A DNA stretch of 63,967 nucleotides, filler included, from Phoronis australis (lineage: Eukaryota; Animalia; Phoronida): NCBI GenBank assembly GCA_002633005.1. It is 6 parts of 6 records of this genome, joined end to end, with 100 filler letters (N's around TTAATTAATTAA, not from the genome) between each part and the next. Parts side by side here need not be neighbours in the genome. Positions count along the whole stretch, not along the records: positions 1 to 30,109 come from NMRA01001229.1; 5 more parts are not named here. The stretch is one strand, 5' to 3'. Under the pieces are notes generated by a model, which did not search any database, was not told the DNA's origin, and saw only the letters and a list, made by a program, of their open reading frames with translations. Of this stretch, positions 13,399-25,486 are shown in pieces; positions within the stretch are counted from its first letter, which is position 1; the number at the start of each line of letters is the position of its first letter. The translations under genes were made by a program, and so were the position numbers.

Positions 13399-16094
13399 GG
13401 TAACACTGCTGTCGCCAGCATAGCAGTGCATCCATACCGTTAGGCAATGACATCGCCCTGAATGCCACAGCCGCAGGCATACCGGGACGATAGTACATCC
13501 CCACAAAAAGTTATTCATTTCAAAATACAGCAAATAAAATCAAGTGAACCATACATATAGGAACATGGAGTTATAATTAACACATACCATGACTCTAGAT
13601 ACAATTTAGACAGCAAAACTTGGTCAAATCAATGAAAATCTGTCGCGGTTTACTTAAGTTTCTCTTACCGGGTGCCATTTTAAGGAAGTTACGTGAAATC
13701 ACGCAGGTTGACGAATAAAAAGTACAAAGAACACAAATCTTACAAATTTCAACTGATACCTTCTCAAGCTATTTTGCTAGTGTCACGCGCTAGTGTCGCG
13801 CGCTTCGTTCAGTCTCGCGCTAGCCTTTGTCTAACTCACGTGACTCAGCAAGGTTATCGCGCTCGTGGTGAAAAAGTTAACAGAAACCAAAGAAGTGGAA
13901 TTGGAATTTTTCGCCAAAGTCACCCTAATTCTCACAACTAAACTTCACAGAAGATATGTATAGAAGTAGAAAGGACCAGTGAAGAAAGTAAGCGCTTTTT
14001 TAAGTGATAATTTTAAGCGTGAAATGTATTTTTGACGAGGTGAAAACTCAATATCGGTGACCGGATTTGGGTTACTGCCCGTTTAAAAGGCTTGTAACGA
14101 AATGCGTACAGAAAGCGAATGGAAGTACTGTAGCCCCTAAATGGCCAACCGAGGGGCTACGTGTTGCCTACGATACCGTAAGCTATTGTATCAAGACTAC
14201 GCCCCACTATACAGTCACTTACTGTGCGTAGGCGCTACGTTAAGATGTAAAAAGACGATTGGCTGAGCATACGCCCTACTATAGCGTAACATGCCGTGCG
14301 TAGGCGCTATGTTTAAATGCCAAAAGGGTGGTTGGCTGCGTCAGCGTGCGCCTATGCCCCACGGAAGGCTATATGACGCTGTACAGCAGCATATTCAGAA
14401 TCACTTTCAAAAAAGTCGTAACCAAATACTTCAAGTTTTTAATGGCTCAGGTAATTTATTTCACAAAGACACACGTTGATTGTGTGGGGAGTTTAAGAGA
14501 AAAAGTAGTGGAACGAGACTTGGAAAGAGATAACATGTTTTCCCAAAATATTACAGACTGACGGTCGAAATTTGAAACATTTAGGGGAAGCTGGGCCTGT
14601 ATGGTGGAAGTGTTTAAACACTTCTATAAGTATGGATCTCATTTTAGAAACTACCTATAGATTGAAAAACGGCAAAGTTGAATTTCCAGACTGGCGATCA
14701 TGAAACACAAAGTTCAGGGTACGATTTTGAATCGCTTATATTTTTCTTCCAGTGCCCTAGAAAAATTCCAATATTGGACAAGTTCGAAACACCGTATCTC
14801 AGAAATAACTGATCGTATTCAAACGAAACTTTTAGTTACTATATGCTTTTTACAATGTTCTGCATAACTCTGCTAGAAATTGTTTTCAAAATGTTCCACT
14901 TTTGCATAAAAATAGGACTTGTATATTATGAAAAAATCAAAGTTGCCTAAAACGGAAACGAGGCGATAATTTAGAAAACTGAAAGAGCATTTTTGAGATT
15001 TCATGTTGAACATTTTTATCATATAAATTTGGTCATGTTACTGATCCTGTTGTTTTTGCTATGAATGAACATTTCTTTTTTACATTTTTTCTAAAAAGCA
15101 AGACCCCGTGATCTAACTAGTTGTAGATTGGTATAAAGTTTGAGGAGACAGTGTTGCTCAATGGTTTGAGCACAGAATTCCCTTTGGGAGACCCGGTTCA
15201 AATCCTGATTTTACTGGCAAATGCATCATTTAACAAAGATGTCTCCTACTCCTCTGAGTTAGGTGCTACTAGTGAACGTATGCAAGGGAGTGAAGGAGAA
15301 CTTGATGTAATGCGGAAGTGGTTTTGGGACTGTGCTCATATTTTTAATAGGTTTGAATTTAAATATCAAATTTTACATGATTTCCACTTTCAGAAAAATG
15401 TTCAGTTTTGCTGAGTTAAAATCTATTGATTTGTAAATATTTTGCTGAGAACACACTATCAGACTTGTCGATAAGGCCAAACATAACTTAAAGTGTCAGA
15501 CAAGTGGGCGGTAATTGAAGTGTGATTTCGCAGGCGGGCAGAAACACATGAATCGTTTTATTCATTTCAGAATAACTGACTACATATATATTTTTTTAAT
15601 ATTAAGATAATTGATCAAAACCGATAAAAGACGAACATGGACCTAAGAATCAAAAATGGACATAATTGATCAGAGTGGATAAAATGGAGTGAACTGGACA
15701 AAACTGACATAATGAGTAAAATCAGGAAGAGATAAACAGGATTGTAAAATGGAAATAACGGTCACAACAGACATAACGGGTCAGAACATACGTCACATTT
15801 CATTCGTTGAATGCCGGGTTTCCAAAGTAGAATGAAACCACTCAATGGAAACTGAGAACGTAAATTTAGATTTCCAGCCAACAGGTGGCCTTGATGACAA
15901 ATTTCCACAAATCACAAACCGTTAAAAGATCGATTGCCTAGGCTCTTTCCCAATCCAAAGTTTTGTCCTCTCCAGGAGGCGACGGATAGAAGCCAGTTAT
16001 CTCTAACGAAGCTAAGTCATCCCTTTTATCCGCTCTTGCGTGTGTATTCCACAATTTAGGCGCGAGTCGTCCGGTATGTATGAATCGTTAAAAA
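13399..16094 (+). repeat. Copy 2 of the ~2.7-kb direct duplication
   Basis: Matches 10078-12794 with scattered substitutions and small indels. Confidence 0.95.
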
Positions 16095-16200
16095 TATATT
16101 GCGAGTTGTACCGTCGCATTTAATCCAGTGAGTGTTATTCACATATGTTGGCGCTTACTCCAGTACTGACAGAGTTGAAGTAACATTTCCTTTGCACAGA

Positions 16201-17649
16201 ATGGGGCTAAACAGGTGGATCCGTGGAATCTATTTCCGAAACTTTACATTCATTCTTGGTTGTGGCATCCTTGTATACTTCATACTTAACCCAAATCCAC
16301 TAGATATTAAAGCAACGGCACTACTGAAAAGAACCATGCGCGTGGGCTATGACAGCAAGCAGACGCCAGCACCAAATCAACAAACAACAACGACGAAACA
16401 AGCTATTCCTCATAATTCTGTGGCTAACTTATATTTAGGATGCTGGTCCAGACAGCTTGAAAAAGAAACATACGTGAAGAACGTGGCAGAATGTATTAAG
16501 TATTGTCAATCAAAAAAGCGTCCATACGCTGGAATACGCTCTGCTACGTTTTGTAGGTGCTGCAAAACCCTGGGCGATGTACCTGAGCCGCGTTCCTGCA
16601 CGAGTGATTGTTTCGACGATCCCCGTGGACGGTGCGGTGGCCCCGCAACTTTGAGCATGTATGCCACTGGCGAAAGCTACTCCAAGCTATCTGCTCAAGC
16701 CCGAAAGGTTCTAGTTCTAAGTTATTGGAGGAGTGGAACGACGTTCGTCTCCAAGATCTATGGAATGCACCCGTACTCCATATATATCTTCGAGCCTTAT
16801 TGGAACCTAGAACTTCGCCCGAATACTAATCCATCAATAATCAAAGATCTACTGACCTGTAACTTATCCGTCTTGCCACCAGTAGTACTCGTGAATCAGT
16901 GGAAGTGGGCAAGACGATATGATGCGCAAAAGTCTCTAATGCCGTTTTACAAGTGTATGAACACCAAGCCGTATATTCGCTGTGTCAGTCTTGTCAAAAT
17001 TGCTTGTGAAAAAGCGACATTGCGTGTGGTGAAAGTTATTCGAGTAGCAATGCGCGACGCCGTAAAAATATTGAAAGACCTCCCCGATATGAAGATAGTC
17101 CATGTTGTTAGAGACCCGCGAGGTACTCACGAATCCAGGAAACCAATTGATAAAGAGTACCAGAACCTGAACACCTCAAATCTATGTAAAGATATCGTCG
17201 ATGATTACGAATCTTCAGCAAATTTATCGAAGAACGTTATAATGAGATTGAACTACGAAACTGCTGCAGAGCAACCGGTTGCAACTGCTATTAATTTGTA
17301 CAAATTTATAAATTTTACACTGCACAAAAATGCTCTATCGTGGGTGGAACGTTCTACGGGAATTAAGCTCAATTGTGAGAAAGAGGACAAGTCAAAAAAA
17401 CAAACATATAAAAAAAAATCATTTCAAGACTCGCTGTGCAGTTTTGTGCCCAGCAGGTACTGGACGAACAGGAAGAACGCCTCAGAATCTGCGTACTTGT
17501 GGAAGAAAACTATTCATTTTGACACAGTCAAGTTTATCGACTCCGAATGTAGGGAAACGTACGCCAGATTTGGTTACCTGCCTATAAACACAGCCATGGA
17601 ATTACGAGACTCACTCATACGACACAGGATTATTAATGCCACTAACTAA
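16201..17649 (+). CDS. Type II membrane carbohydrate sulfotransferase (CHST1/GlcNAc-6-O-ST-like) with a WSC domain, 482 aa
   Basis: The ATG at 16201 directly follows a splice acceptor (TTTCCTTTGCACAG|A ATG). Domains in order: TM helix FTFILGCGILVYFIL; Thr/Gln stem; WSC domain (YLGCW...CIKYC...YAGI....CRC...CTSDC....RCGG...LSMY); 5'-PSB SYWRSGTTF; YIFEP; 3'-PB HVVRDPRG..SR; YE..A..P. Confidence 0.9.
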   Translation: MGLNRWIRGIYFRNFTFILGCGILVYFILNPNPLDIKATALLKRTMRVGYDSKQTPAPNQQTTTTKQAIPHNSVANLYLGCWSRQLEKETYVKNVAECIKYCQSKKRPYAGIRSATFCRCCKTLGDVPEPRSCTSDCFDDPRGRCGGPATLSMYATGESYSKLSAQARKVLVLSYWRSGTTFVSKIYGMHPYSIYIFEPYWNLELRPNTNPSIIKDLLTCNLSVLPPVVLVNQWKWARRYDAQKSLMPFYKCMNTKPYIRCVSLVKIACEKATLRVVKVIRVAMRDAVKILKDLPDMKIVHVVRDPRGTHESRKPIDKEYQNLNTSNLCKDIVDDYESSANLSKNVIMRLNYETAAEQPVATAINLYKFINFTLHKNALSWVERSTGIKLNCEKEDKSKKQTYKKKSFQDSLCSFVPSRYWTNRKNASESAYLWKKTIHFDTVKFIDSECRETYARFGYLPINTAMELRDSLIRHRIINATN

Positions 17650-18071
17650 AACTAGTACTAAACTTCGTCAAATGAAACTCAAAGGCTCAACAGATATGTC
17701 AACGTGAGGCCAGATCTTCTCAAATGAAACTGGAGTTTGAGTTTTGAAATAAATTAGTCAATCAATGATATGTTGCTTTGACTGGACCCTTCATCGTACG
17801 TAAGTTTATTTTTACCGTTAGGCGACTTACCGATGGACAAAAACATCAAAAAGTTCACGTTCTTAGTGACCATACAATCCAGTGTTGCGTGGTCTTAACA
17901 CAGTTGCAGGCTACTTTTTACTCAAGCTGCAACACAGTTTAAAATGTCAACTTGTCCAAAACACGCTAATAATTGGCAACCCAATGCGCAGACCCGTAGC
18001 CAGCATTGCTCGGGGGGTGNGCAGCTCAAATTCGGATGTAATGTGGCCCAGAATGTATCGCTGGCCGTACG

Positions 18072-19018
18072 GGTGAAAGTGTCGCGCGTAATTACGGCCG
18101 AAATCATTATATCCAATGAGAAATTGGTTTGTTGGTTACGTGAGCTCTGAAACAGTTGTGCGCTGGTTATTCTACAATCACATTTTTCGCTTGTAGTTTT
18201 ACATGTACTTTCGTTAATTTACGCTCGTATTTTTTCACATGTTATGAAGTATTCAGAAAGTAAAATCTCAGGTGCAAAGTATGTAAGTGCAAAAGGTTGA
18301 AAATATCAAAGACTTTTACTTGCTGCCGTAACCATTGGCTTGGTTTTAGTACATCGCCAAAATGTATATCTAGCAGGTTGTCTGACAATGCTTTTATATT
18401 ATTTGTTAAAATAACCATGCTTTTTCATTTATTTAGGCAAAGTTTCGTTCTATTACTCTGAACAATGCGAGCAGGTGACTTATGACATCGCAAAAACATT
18501 GGTTCAAAACGTGTTTAGGGGGTTATGTAGTAGAATTTCTAAATGTTGGTGGTAAATCACTCAGACATTTGAATAACAAACCATTTGCATAACAAAAAAC
18601 AATGTCAACTGCGTTTAATGGCTAGTAGTATCGTGGACTCGTACTTAAATATATTGATTATACTTGCTAAAATTACGAGCGAAAAATACAAGCGAAAAAT
18701 ACGAGCGTAAAACTTCTTTAGACTGCTCACGTGACTTTCAAACCAATTTGTTATTGGATATAGCGATTTCGGTCGTAAAACACGAGCGAAGTCTCGGTCG
18801 TAATTACGCTCGTAATTACGTGTGAAGCATTGCGCTCGTAAAACACGAGCGAATTGATGGTCGTAATCACGAGCATAATCATGGACGAACGATTTCGATC
18901 TTAAAACCCGAGCGAAGTCTCGGCCGAGGTCACGAGCGTAATTATGGGCGAACAATTTCGGTCGTAAAACACGAGCGAAATCTTGATTACGAGCGTGATT
19001 ACGCGCGACACTTTTGCC
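18072..19018. mobile_element. Non-autonomous TIR element with internal TACGAGCG-type repeats
   Basis: TIRs GGTGAAAGTGTCGCGCGTAAT / ATTACGCGCGACACTTTTGCC. Its flanks rejoin into a sequence seen uninterrupted at about 25611-25800. Confidence 0.7.
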
Positions 19019-19153
19019 AAATTTTCAAATCAGGCGTGCCCTTAAATGAGTGATTACACATCATCACATACTCGGACGGAAATATTTAGTCGGGGAATAA
19101 CATGACGTAATTGTATATTTGCGTGTCACTTAGATGCTTTCATAGCTGGAGAT

Positions 19154-20010
19154 GGGAACAGCCCGCTATTCTGAAGATTCACTACTTCGAAGGTTCACTA
19201 CTCCGAAGGTTCACTCACTCCTAAAATATCTAAAATTTTGGACCCAGGTGTAATTTTTATACTTTTGCAAGCAAAAATAAACTACACTCCGGTTATTAGA
19301 TGCACTCAGTGTTGTACCTATTCCGAAAACAACGCCCGGGTAATAAAACACTTTATTTGGATTACATGCGGATGCGAAATTGCCACATGCCTTAAGAATA
19401 CGGAAAAATGAGTTCGTACTTGCATTTCTAAAAGACAATGAAGTAGGAATACTGATGAATCATCAACCACGATACATTTATCAAATCCATGTCAAGATCT
19501 CATCATTCCACAGCGTGACTGAAAGGTTTAGGGCCGATGCGCCTCAACCTTACCCACCGGAGTCAGGCGCATGGCCTTACAGAAACTAAACGTAGTTAGT
19601 AGGCTACCTTGTCTCTGTCAGTCTTCACAAAGTCAGAGAGTCTCATTCAGTTTGATAAAATTTAAAACCACCGTTGGTCGCTGCAGCCCTCAGGCCTGAC
19701 CCGCTCCCTAGATGTTGTCCCTGCTTCAGAATGAGTCGTTACTTAGATTTGGAGAATCACGATTGGCAGTAATTTGTAAACAATGTAATCAATGTTTTAA
19801 TAACTATTCAACTCTTGCACACCCTTTAAATGGTTACTAAATGGACACAAATATAAAGCTTTATTCATGTCAGTCCCGACTCATTAGCAGACAATCAGAG
19901 TAATGAACTGTCGAAATTCTGGTTTCGGAATTGAGAACATTCGAAGTAAGGAACTTTCGAAGGTAGCGAACCTTCGGAGTAGTGAACCCTTTGGATAGTG
20001 GCACGTAACC
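19154..20010. mobile_element. Non-autonomous DNA transposon with subterminal ~16-bp tandem repeats
   Basis: The left end has (CACTACTCCGAAGGTT)n and the right end has the inverted (TTCGGAGTAGTGAACC)n. A partial left-end copy lies at about 25802-26160. Confidence 0.65.
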
Positions 20011-20196
20011 TTGGAAACATTCTCAATGAAGTTTGTTCCTCGTATGAAGCCTACGAGACTGTGCACCACTGACACTGATTGACAAGAGAAGACTTTAATC
20101 ATTGACCAAAGATTTTATTAGGTCTAGAGCTACCTTTCCCTTATATTGTAAACATGCTTGTCGGGGATTTCTCAGTGAAAGAAAACACGGTTGTTA

Positions 20197-21175
20197 CAGT
20201 GGCGGATCTAGGATATCACAAGGGGGGGCCAACATTTTGTCCGGCTGTAAGAATTTGTGTAACCTGAACCACGATTGTAGATGCGCATAGCACCCCTCCC
20301 GCCCGGGAAATTTTTCTGTTTTTACCTCTAACAATCAAGCATCATTTTCCTTGATTCCTGAAGTATTATTCACGAAAAAAGGCAAAAAACGGAGAACGTG
20401 TCCAACAGGAAAAAACGCAAATAGCAAAGACTCGAACTCACGACCTGGCGATTAGTGCGCGCGTGCGTTGCCACTACACCACCACGATTTAACTACTAAT
20501 CTTATACTAAGAGACCTACTTGTTTATGGTCCACAGCGTTTGCGCGCGAAACCTACTTCTTTTTGTAATGCTTATTACACTTTTATATTTTGTGCCATAG
20601 ATTCTTAACAAATTTGTCGTATTTAAAATAGTCTTCAAATGCCAAAAAGACCAAATCCATTTTTCGTGTTGGCAATAATGACGGGATTGCTTTGGAAATC
20701 GTCTTAAGATAAGGTTTGGCAAAGAGAGTATTGCGAGTTTCTGAGTGATTCACTAAGGCTTCGATTAAAATTCACATCTTACCAGCAGCTTCTGTTTTTT
20801 CATCGTCACTCAGGTTCCATTTTCTTTAAAAAATGAAGTAAATTTTCTTCATTGTACAGTGGAGCAGACGACGGAAACAGAGTCGTAGTGCGCAGCGCCG
20901 CTGCCTGTAGCCTGCGATATCGCGGGAGAGCCTATACTTAGCCGTGATAGTTCCGTTACGAATGCGCCGTGTTCCGAATTTGACACTTGAAATTGGATTT
21001 GAGCCCCCCCTCCCCAACACTAAAATTGCACACATTTAAATCTTTTTTCATCCGTATAATTTTAATTGCCGGGGTTAATTAACAAGCTCAACATTTCCCT
21101 GCGCTCTTACTGTTTTATTTTTTTGCGGCAGCCAGGGGGGGGCGGGCCCCCTGCCCCCCCCTAAATCCGCCTATG
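20197..21175. mobile_element. hAT-like non-autonomous element with 5-bp TSD
   Basis: TGTTA|CAGTGGCGGATCTAGG ... CCTAAATCCGCCTATG|TGTTA. Confidence 0.7.
20428..20487 (-). mobile_element. tRNA-like SINE head / tRNA pseudogene
   Basis: The minus strand has A box TGGTGTAGTGG and B box GAGTTCGAGTC, but no complete cloverleaf. Confidence 0.5.
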
Positions 21176-21641
21176 TGTTAATGTCAGGTTTTTGAGCAAC
21201 GAAGGAGGACTGCCAATAGTGAACTTACCGTCGACGCCGTAGGCATCCTGAATTTAAAGAGAAAGGAAGAGCACACAAGCGAACACGCATGCATGTCAAT
21301 CCACCGATCCACAATAAAGTGATGAACAAAATATTTGAGGATCACTTTCAATTTGAAATTTGAAAGTGTCTGCACTTTATCGTACTATGCTATCAAGTAT
21401 ACCAAAACAGCAGACGACAAATCTGTTTCCTGCTGTTTTGTTTTTGGTCGATTTTAAGGCATTCACACCGCACTATACTTTTTGTGATCATTTGGGAGCT
21501 CTCTCGTTGCTATATAGCTTAGCTAGTCACAGACATTTGCTTCTACACTTTTTTGGTTACACTTTGGTGTAGCTACCACGTGCATTCAATGTCCACGAAT
21601 TAAACATAAAGCCTCATCTAATCGTCTGCACCAATGACCTA

Positions 21642-21647
<6 letters not shown>

Positions 21648-21677
<30 letters not shown>

Positions 21678-21794
21678 TGTATGTATGTATGTATGTATGT
21701 ATGTATGTATGTATGTATGTATGTATGTATGTATGTATGTATGTATGTATGTATGTATGTATGTATGTATGTATGTATGTATGTATGTATGTAT
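21648..21794. repeat. (TATG)n microsatellite, ~36 units
   Basis: Perfect tetranucleotide array. Confidence 0.98.
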
Positions 21795-22065
21795 ATATAG
21801 TTATATTTATCTCAGTCGTCTGCACGCTGCTGTCATCCACGCATTGCACCAGTTCACCATTCGGGCGAAGTTGGCCGGGTAATCTAGAACCAGCTTGAAT
21901 TCCGAGATTCGGCAAAAAATACAAGTTAACATATGTAGTGAGCATTGTGACATTATTACTCATGTCAGACTGCGTACATGACATTAATATCTGTTACAAA
22001 TTCTGTCGTTAAAAGCACATGACCGTATCTCAGGAAATGTGAGTTGAAATACATTTATAGATCTG

Positions 22066-22216
22066 GGCTGGATTGCATAAAACTTCAAAATTATATCCGT
22101 TGGATAAGTTTGATTGTTGCATGACATCAGGTGTTTTGTTCAACAATGACAGCATGACGCGTGATGATAGGACGCCATTGTTGCTCTACGGCGTATAACT
22201 TTAATGCAACTGGGTC
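22066..22216. mobile_element. Harbinger-like MITE
   Basis: CTG|GGCTGGATTGCATAAA ... TTAATGCAACTGGGTC|CTG: imperfect TIRs with a 3-bp CTG TSD. Confidence 0.5.
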
Positions 22217-23289
22217 CTGTTACAAGTACCGTTAAACACGGCACGGCGGTATAGTTACTTGTAAATTTCTGTCTACATTTCTCAATCTCTCTGAATATCC
22301 CTCTTGTCTCTGGGTCACTGATGACATAGAGTTCCGAGAGACATGACGATGTTAAAACGTAAGATTAAATTTAATGAGACCGTATCATCAGTGAGACATT
22401 CTCCCAACTATACATTCGAGTATTGTCTATTATAGGCCTACTATGCAGGTCATACTCTAGACATAAAACGTGAATCGGTTCATTTTGAAACCTACGCTGA
22501 CCGATTAAAACAACATGAAAACGCCCGTCCACTTGCATCAATTTCTGTCAAAGTCTCACGTTTTTAAAGCTGCACACAGGCGCGTAAGCAAGGTTTGGAG
22601 AGCCACGATCGGTTGCCAATTAAGCGATGAGTAAAAAACAAATCACCCATCAATTCTGCATGTAGATTTTCTTTTTTGAAAAAGTGAGTCACTAAAAACA
22701 CAGAAAGAACCAATTTACTTTTGGCCTGAACCCTGGTATAAGAATAAAATAACAAGCAAGGGTCTTTATACGGTACTTCCGGCAGGGCTTACAAATTCAA
22801 TCATGGACCGGTAGACACAAATCACGTAACCGGTTTCGCGGTTATTTGATATATACCCACAAAATCAACAGTGGTTTTGACCAAATTGTAATTCTGAAAC
22901 AAAATAAAAAATAATAACCTTATATATGGAGGCTCTGATTGCTTAGTGAAAACACGGAACTCGGTAGAAGGAGAGAGTAAAAACATGATTACATAGTACA
23001 TGTCATGTGTTCGCTGGACTCCTCCCGCATGTGCTGTCGTGTGCTGTAGACGAAAGTAAAACTCTCACTTACGTCAAATGTTGTGAATCAGTGTGTCGTA
23101 ATGGGCCAAGCTAAGGTACAAAGTAGTATTTCAACATTTTCAAATGCTAGGACTTTTAAGAACAACCAAGATTCAGGCTTTCCTGTCGTCTGTTCGTTAG
23201 TTAATACTGTTGTTTAATTTACACTACACCATAGGATCTCTGGACTTTTGTACAAAAGTGTGTGCTCTACTTACTTGTAAATATGGTGG

Positions 23290-24354
23290 TATCTGCTACC
23301 CAGCGTCGTCGTCAGCTAGGAGTCCATCTTCATCGTGGGTTTCGACATTGACCTAGAACCCTCTCCGATGGTAGGTCTCTGAAGGCTGATCAGACCTCCA
23401 GCCGACGCTGGGGTCGCCATTTGTTCTGACGCTGTAACCACAGCCACACGGTTGCTTCCTCCGCTGCTCTTACAGTAGACTTAAACATATCAGCTCGCCC
23501 TCTTGATGAAATGCCCAGTAGCTTCGTCATCCACCACATGCTTCCAGCAATAAACCCTCGACATCCAACTTCTATGGGGATACAGAAGCATTTCCAGCCT
23601 TTCGCTGCACATTCCTGCGATAGCTCTGCGTACTTGAGTAGTTTCCTCTCGTGAGCCTCTTGCACCCTAGTCTCCCACGGCACAGTTAACTCTATCAAAG
23701 TCACTATCTTCTTGCTGTCTGCCCACAACACTATGTCTGGTCGTAACTGGGTTACTGCAATATGGCTTGGGAATGAACCCCTAGTTACCACATCCGTCAC
23801 CATCTTCCAGTCTGCAGCCATACCTAGAATGCCTGAATCACGCCTCATAGTGGATACCCCGCCTTTATTGACCTGCAGCTGTCATCCTCAGTTTTGCCCC
23901 ACGTTCGAAGATTGACAGGTGTTGGGAGAGTGTCATACATGGAACCAGGTAAAAAGCCCAATCTGAATTGGTCTGAAGACAGAAGGTCTTTACCAGTTAT
24001 CCTTCTGGTGTTCACTCCTTCCCATGATGTCCATGCACCCTGTTTCCTCAGTCCGACCGCTTCAGCATACCTTCTCTCGTTCTCCTGGGATCTAACTTCG
24101 TCCAAAACCATTTTGCGCCTCTCTTTGCCTGTTGACAACTTCCACCTCTTCCCCGGAACCATTCCCAATCGCTGTCTTCCATGGCAGACGGTTCCCACGA
24201 TATCTTTATGCCGTAACCTGCTCTCTGCCTCCTCCACTGCTACAGCAGCCTTCCACTTTCTTCCAGAATCTACCGATAATTCACTCTCTCTGATCATCTC
24301 ATCTCTCGAGTTCCGCAGAGTCAGTAATGTTCTGCACTTTATATTAATGTGCAC
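23290..24354 (-). mobile_element. 5'-truncated RLE-type non-LTR retrotransposon (HERO-like), internally deleted
   Basis: Post-RT region (GRKWKA..AVEEAESRLRHKDIVG; QGAWTSWE; YDTLPTPVNLRTWG), then a frameshift/deletion through the CCHC knuckle, then a PD-(D/E)xK endonuclease (RPDIVLW...LIELTVPWE...ERKLLKY...PIEVGCRGF). Confidence 0.85.
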
Positions 24355-24455
24355 TTTACAAAATGGTTTAAATTGTTTGAGGTGAGAATTGATCCCATTC
24401 TACAATATAGGTCTGAGATTTGATGCTGGTGACGTCATTGACGGGGTACGTAGCA

Positions 24456-24805
24456 CAGTGCTGTAGTGGTAAAATTAGAGGTAAGTAGGCGCCCAATGCC
24501 CACCCTATCACCTTGAGCACTGAATTTTAAAAGTGCATTGAATCGGCGAAACCTGAATCACAAACATGTAGGACTAATTTTTTGACTCACGAGTGGGTTT
24601 TTACTTTGAGTCTGCAGTGGTGAATCTTGGATGGCGCAGAAAGGAGCCCAACCAAACAGGAAGGCAAAGGTCCGCGGGCATTCCAAGCAGTCTGAAGGGG
24701 GGTAGGGCGAACACAATTTTAAAGGAAAATAGACGCGTAACGCCCAGAAACGATATGCTGGCGGCGTTTGAGTGGCCCATGGGGTGTGTCCTCGGGGTCC
24801 CGTTC
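24456..24805 (+). mobile_element. Second copy of the 8547-8919 element
   Basis: Colinear similarity starting at CAGTGCTGTAGTGGTAAAATTAGAGG. Confidence 0.7.
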
Positions 24806-25392
24806 AGACAACTATTTTTGAAACACAGGCGAAATTTAAAGTCTTTCATCCCGATACAGTTTTCAAATTCTCCGCCCCTAATAATCTATATGCGCACTGC
24901 ATGCCCTCAAAATCTAAGGTCAGACTAAGGACGGATTGGCTGCTGCTTGAAATCGTCATTGTTTTATTTACATTAAATGTCAAAGGTCACATTTTCCATA
25001 TTAGCAGGAAGTGATAACCATGTTATCTCTTCCTGATATTAGGTAAATGTGCTGCGTTTATGTCTTGCCATACCAAATAAGGAGACGTGCCTTACCCTAT
25101 GGGAGAAAAATCGACTAAGTGACGAGGAATTTTTGGAATTTGAAATTAAAAGAAAAATGCCTTGACATCAACAGAGATTCAAAGTTTTTAACAACAAACC
25201 GTAAATTAACAGTTTGGCTTCTGTTTCACTGGCAGTGAGTCACTTTGAATGATGCAATTTAGTCCGTTTTTCACATTCTATGCCACTTTAAATCGAGCCC
25301 GGTGTGTGAGGGCTGCATTTTTAGCCCCATTAGATATCCAAGCCATCACATGATAATTGATATGGGTCGTTGGGGGGGGGGGGCCTTGATGC

Positions 25393-25486
25393 NNNNNNNN
25401 NNNNNNNNNNNNNNNNNNNNNNNNNNNNNNNNNNNNNNNNNNNNNNNNNNNNNNNNNNNNNNNNNNNNNNNNNNNNNNNNNNNNNN
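25393..25486. other. Assembly gap (N run)
   Basis: Ns flanked on both sides by GCCTTGATGC. Confidence 0.95.

Noticed and set aside
16132-16200. N-terminal extension of the 505-aa ORF from GTG
   Set aside because: The context is eukaryotic and a splice acceptor directly precedes the ATG at 16201, so this stretch is intronic.
18605-18955. 116-aa ORF with FARVLR repeats
   Set aside because: It is a translation of the internal repeats of a non-autonomous TIR element.
21586-21984. ORFs with YIHT / MYVC repeats
   Set aside because: These are translations of the (TATG)n microsatellite.
23712-24385. Plus-strand ORFs of 67 and 163 aa
   Set aside because: They are antisense shadows of the HERO-like coding sequence.
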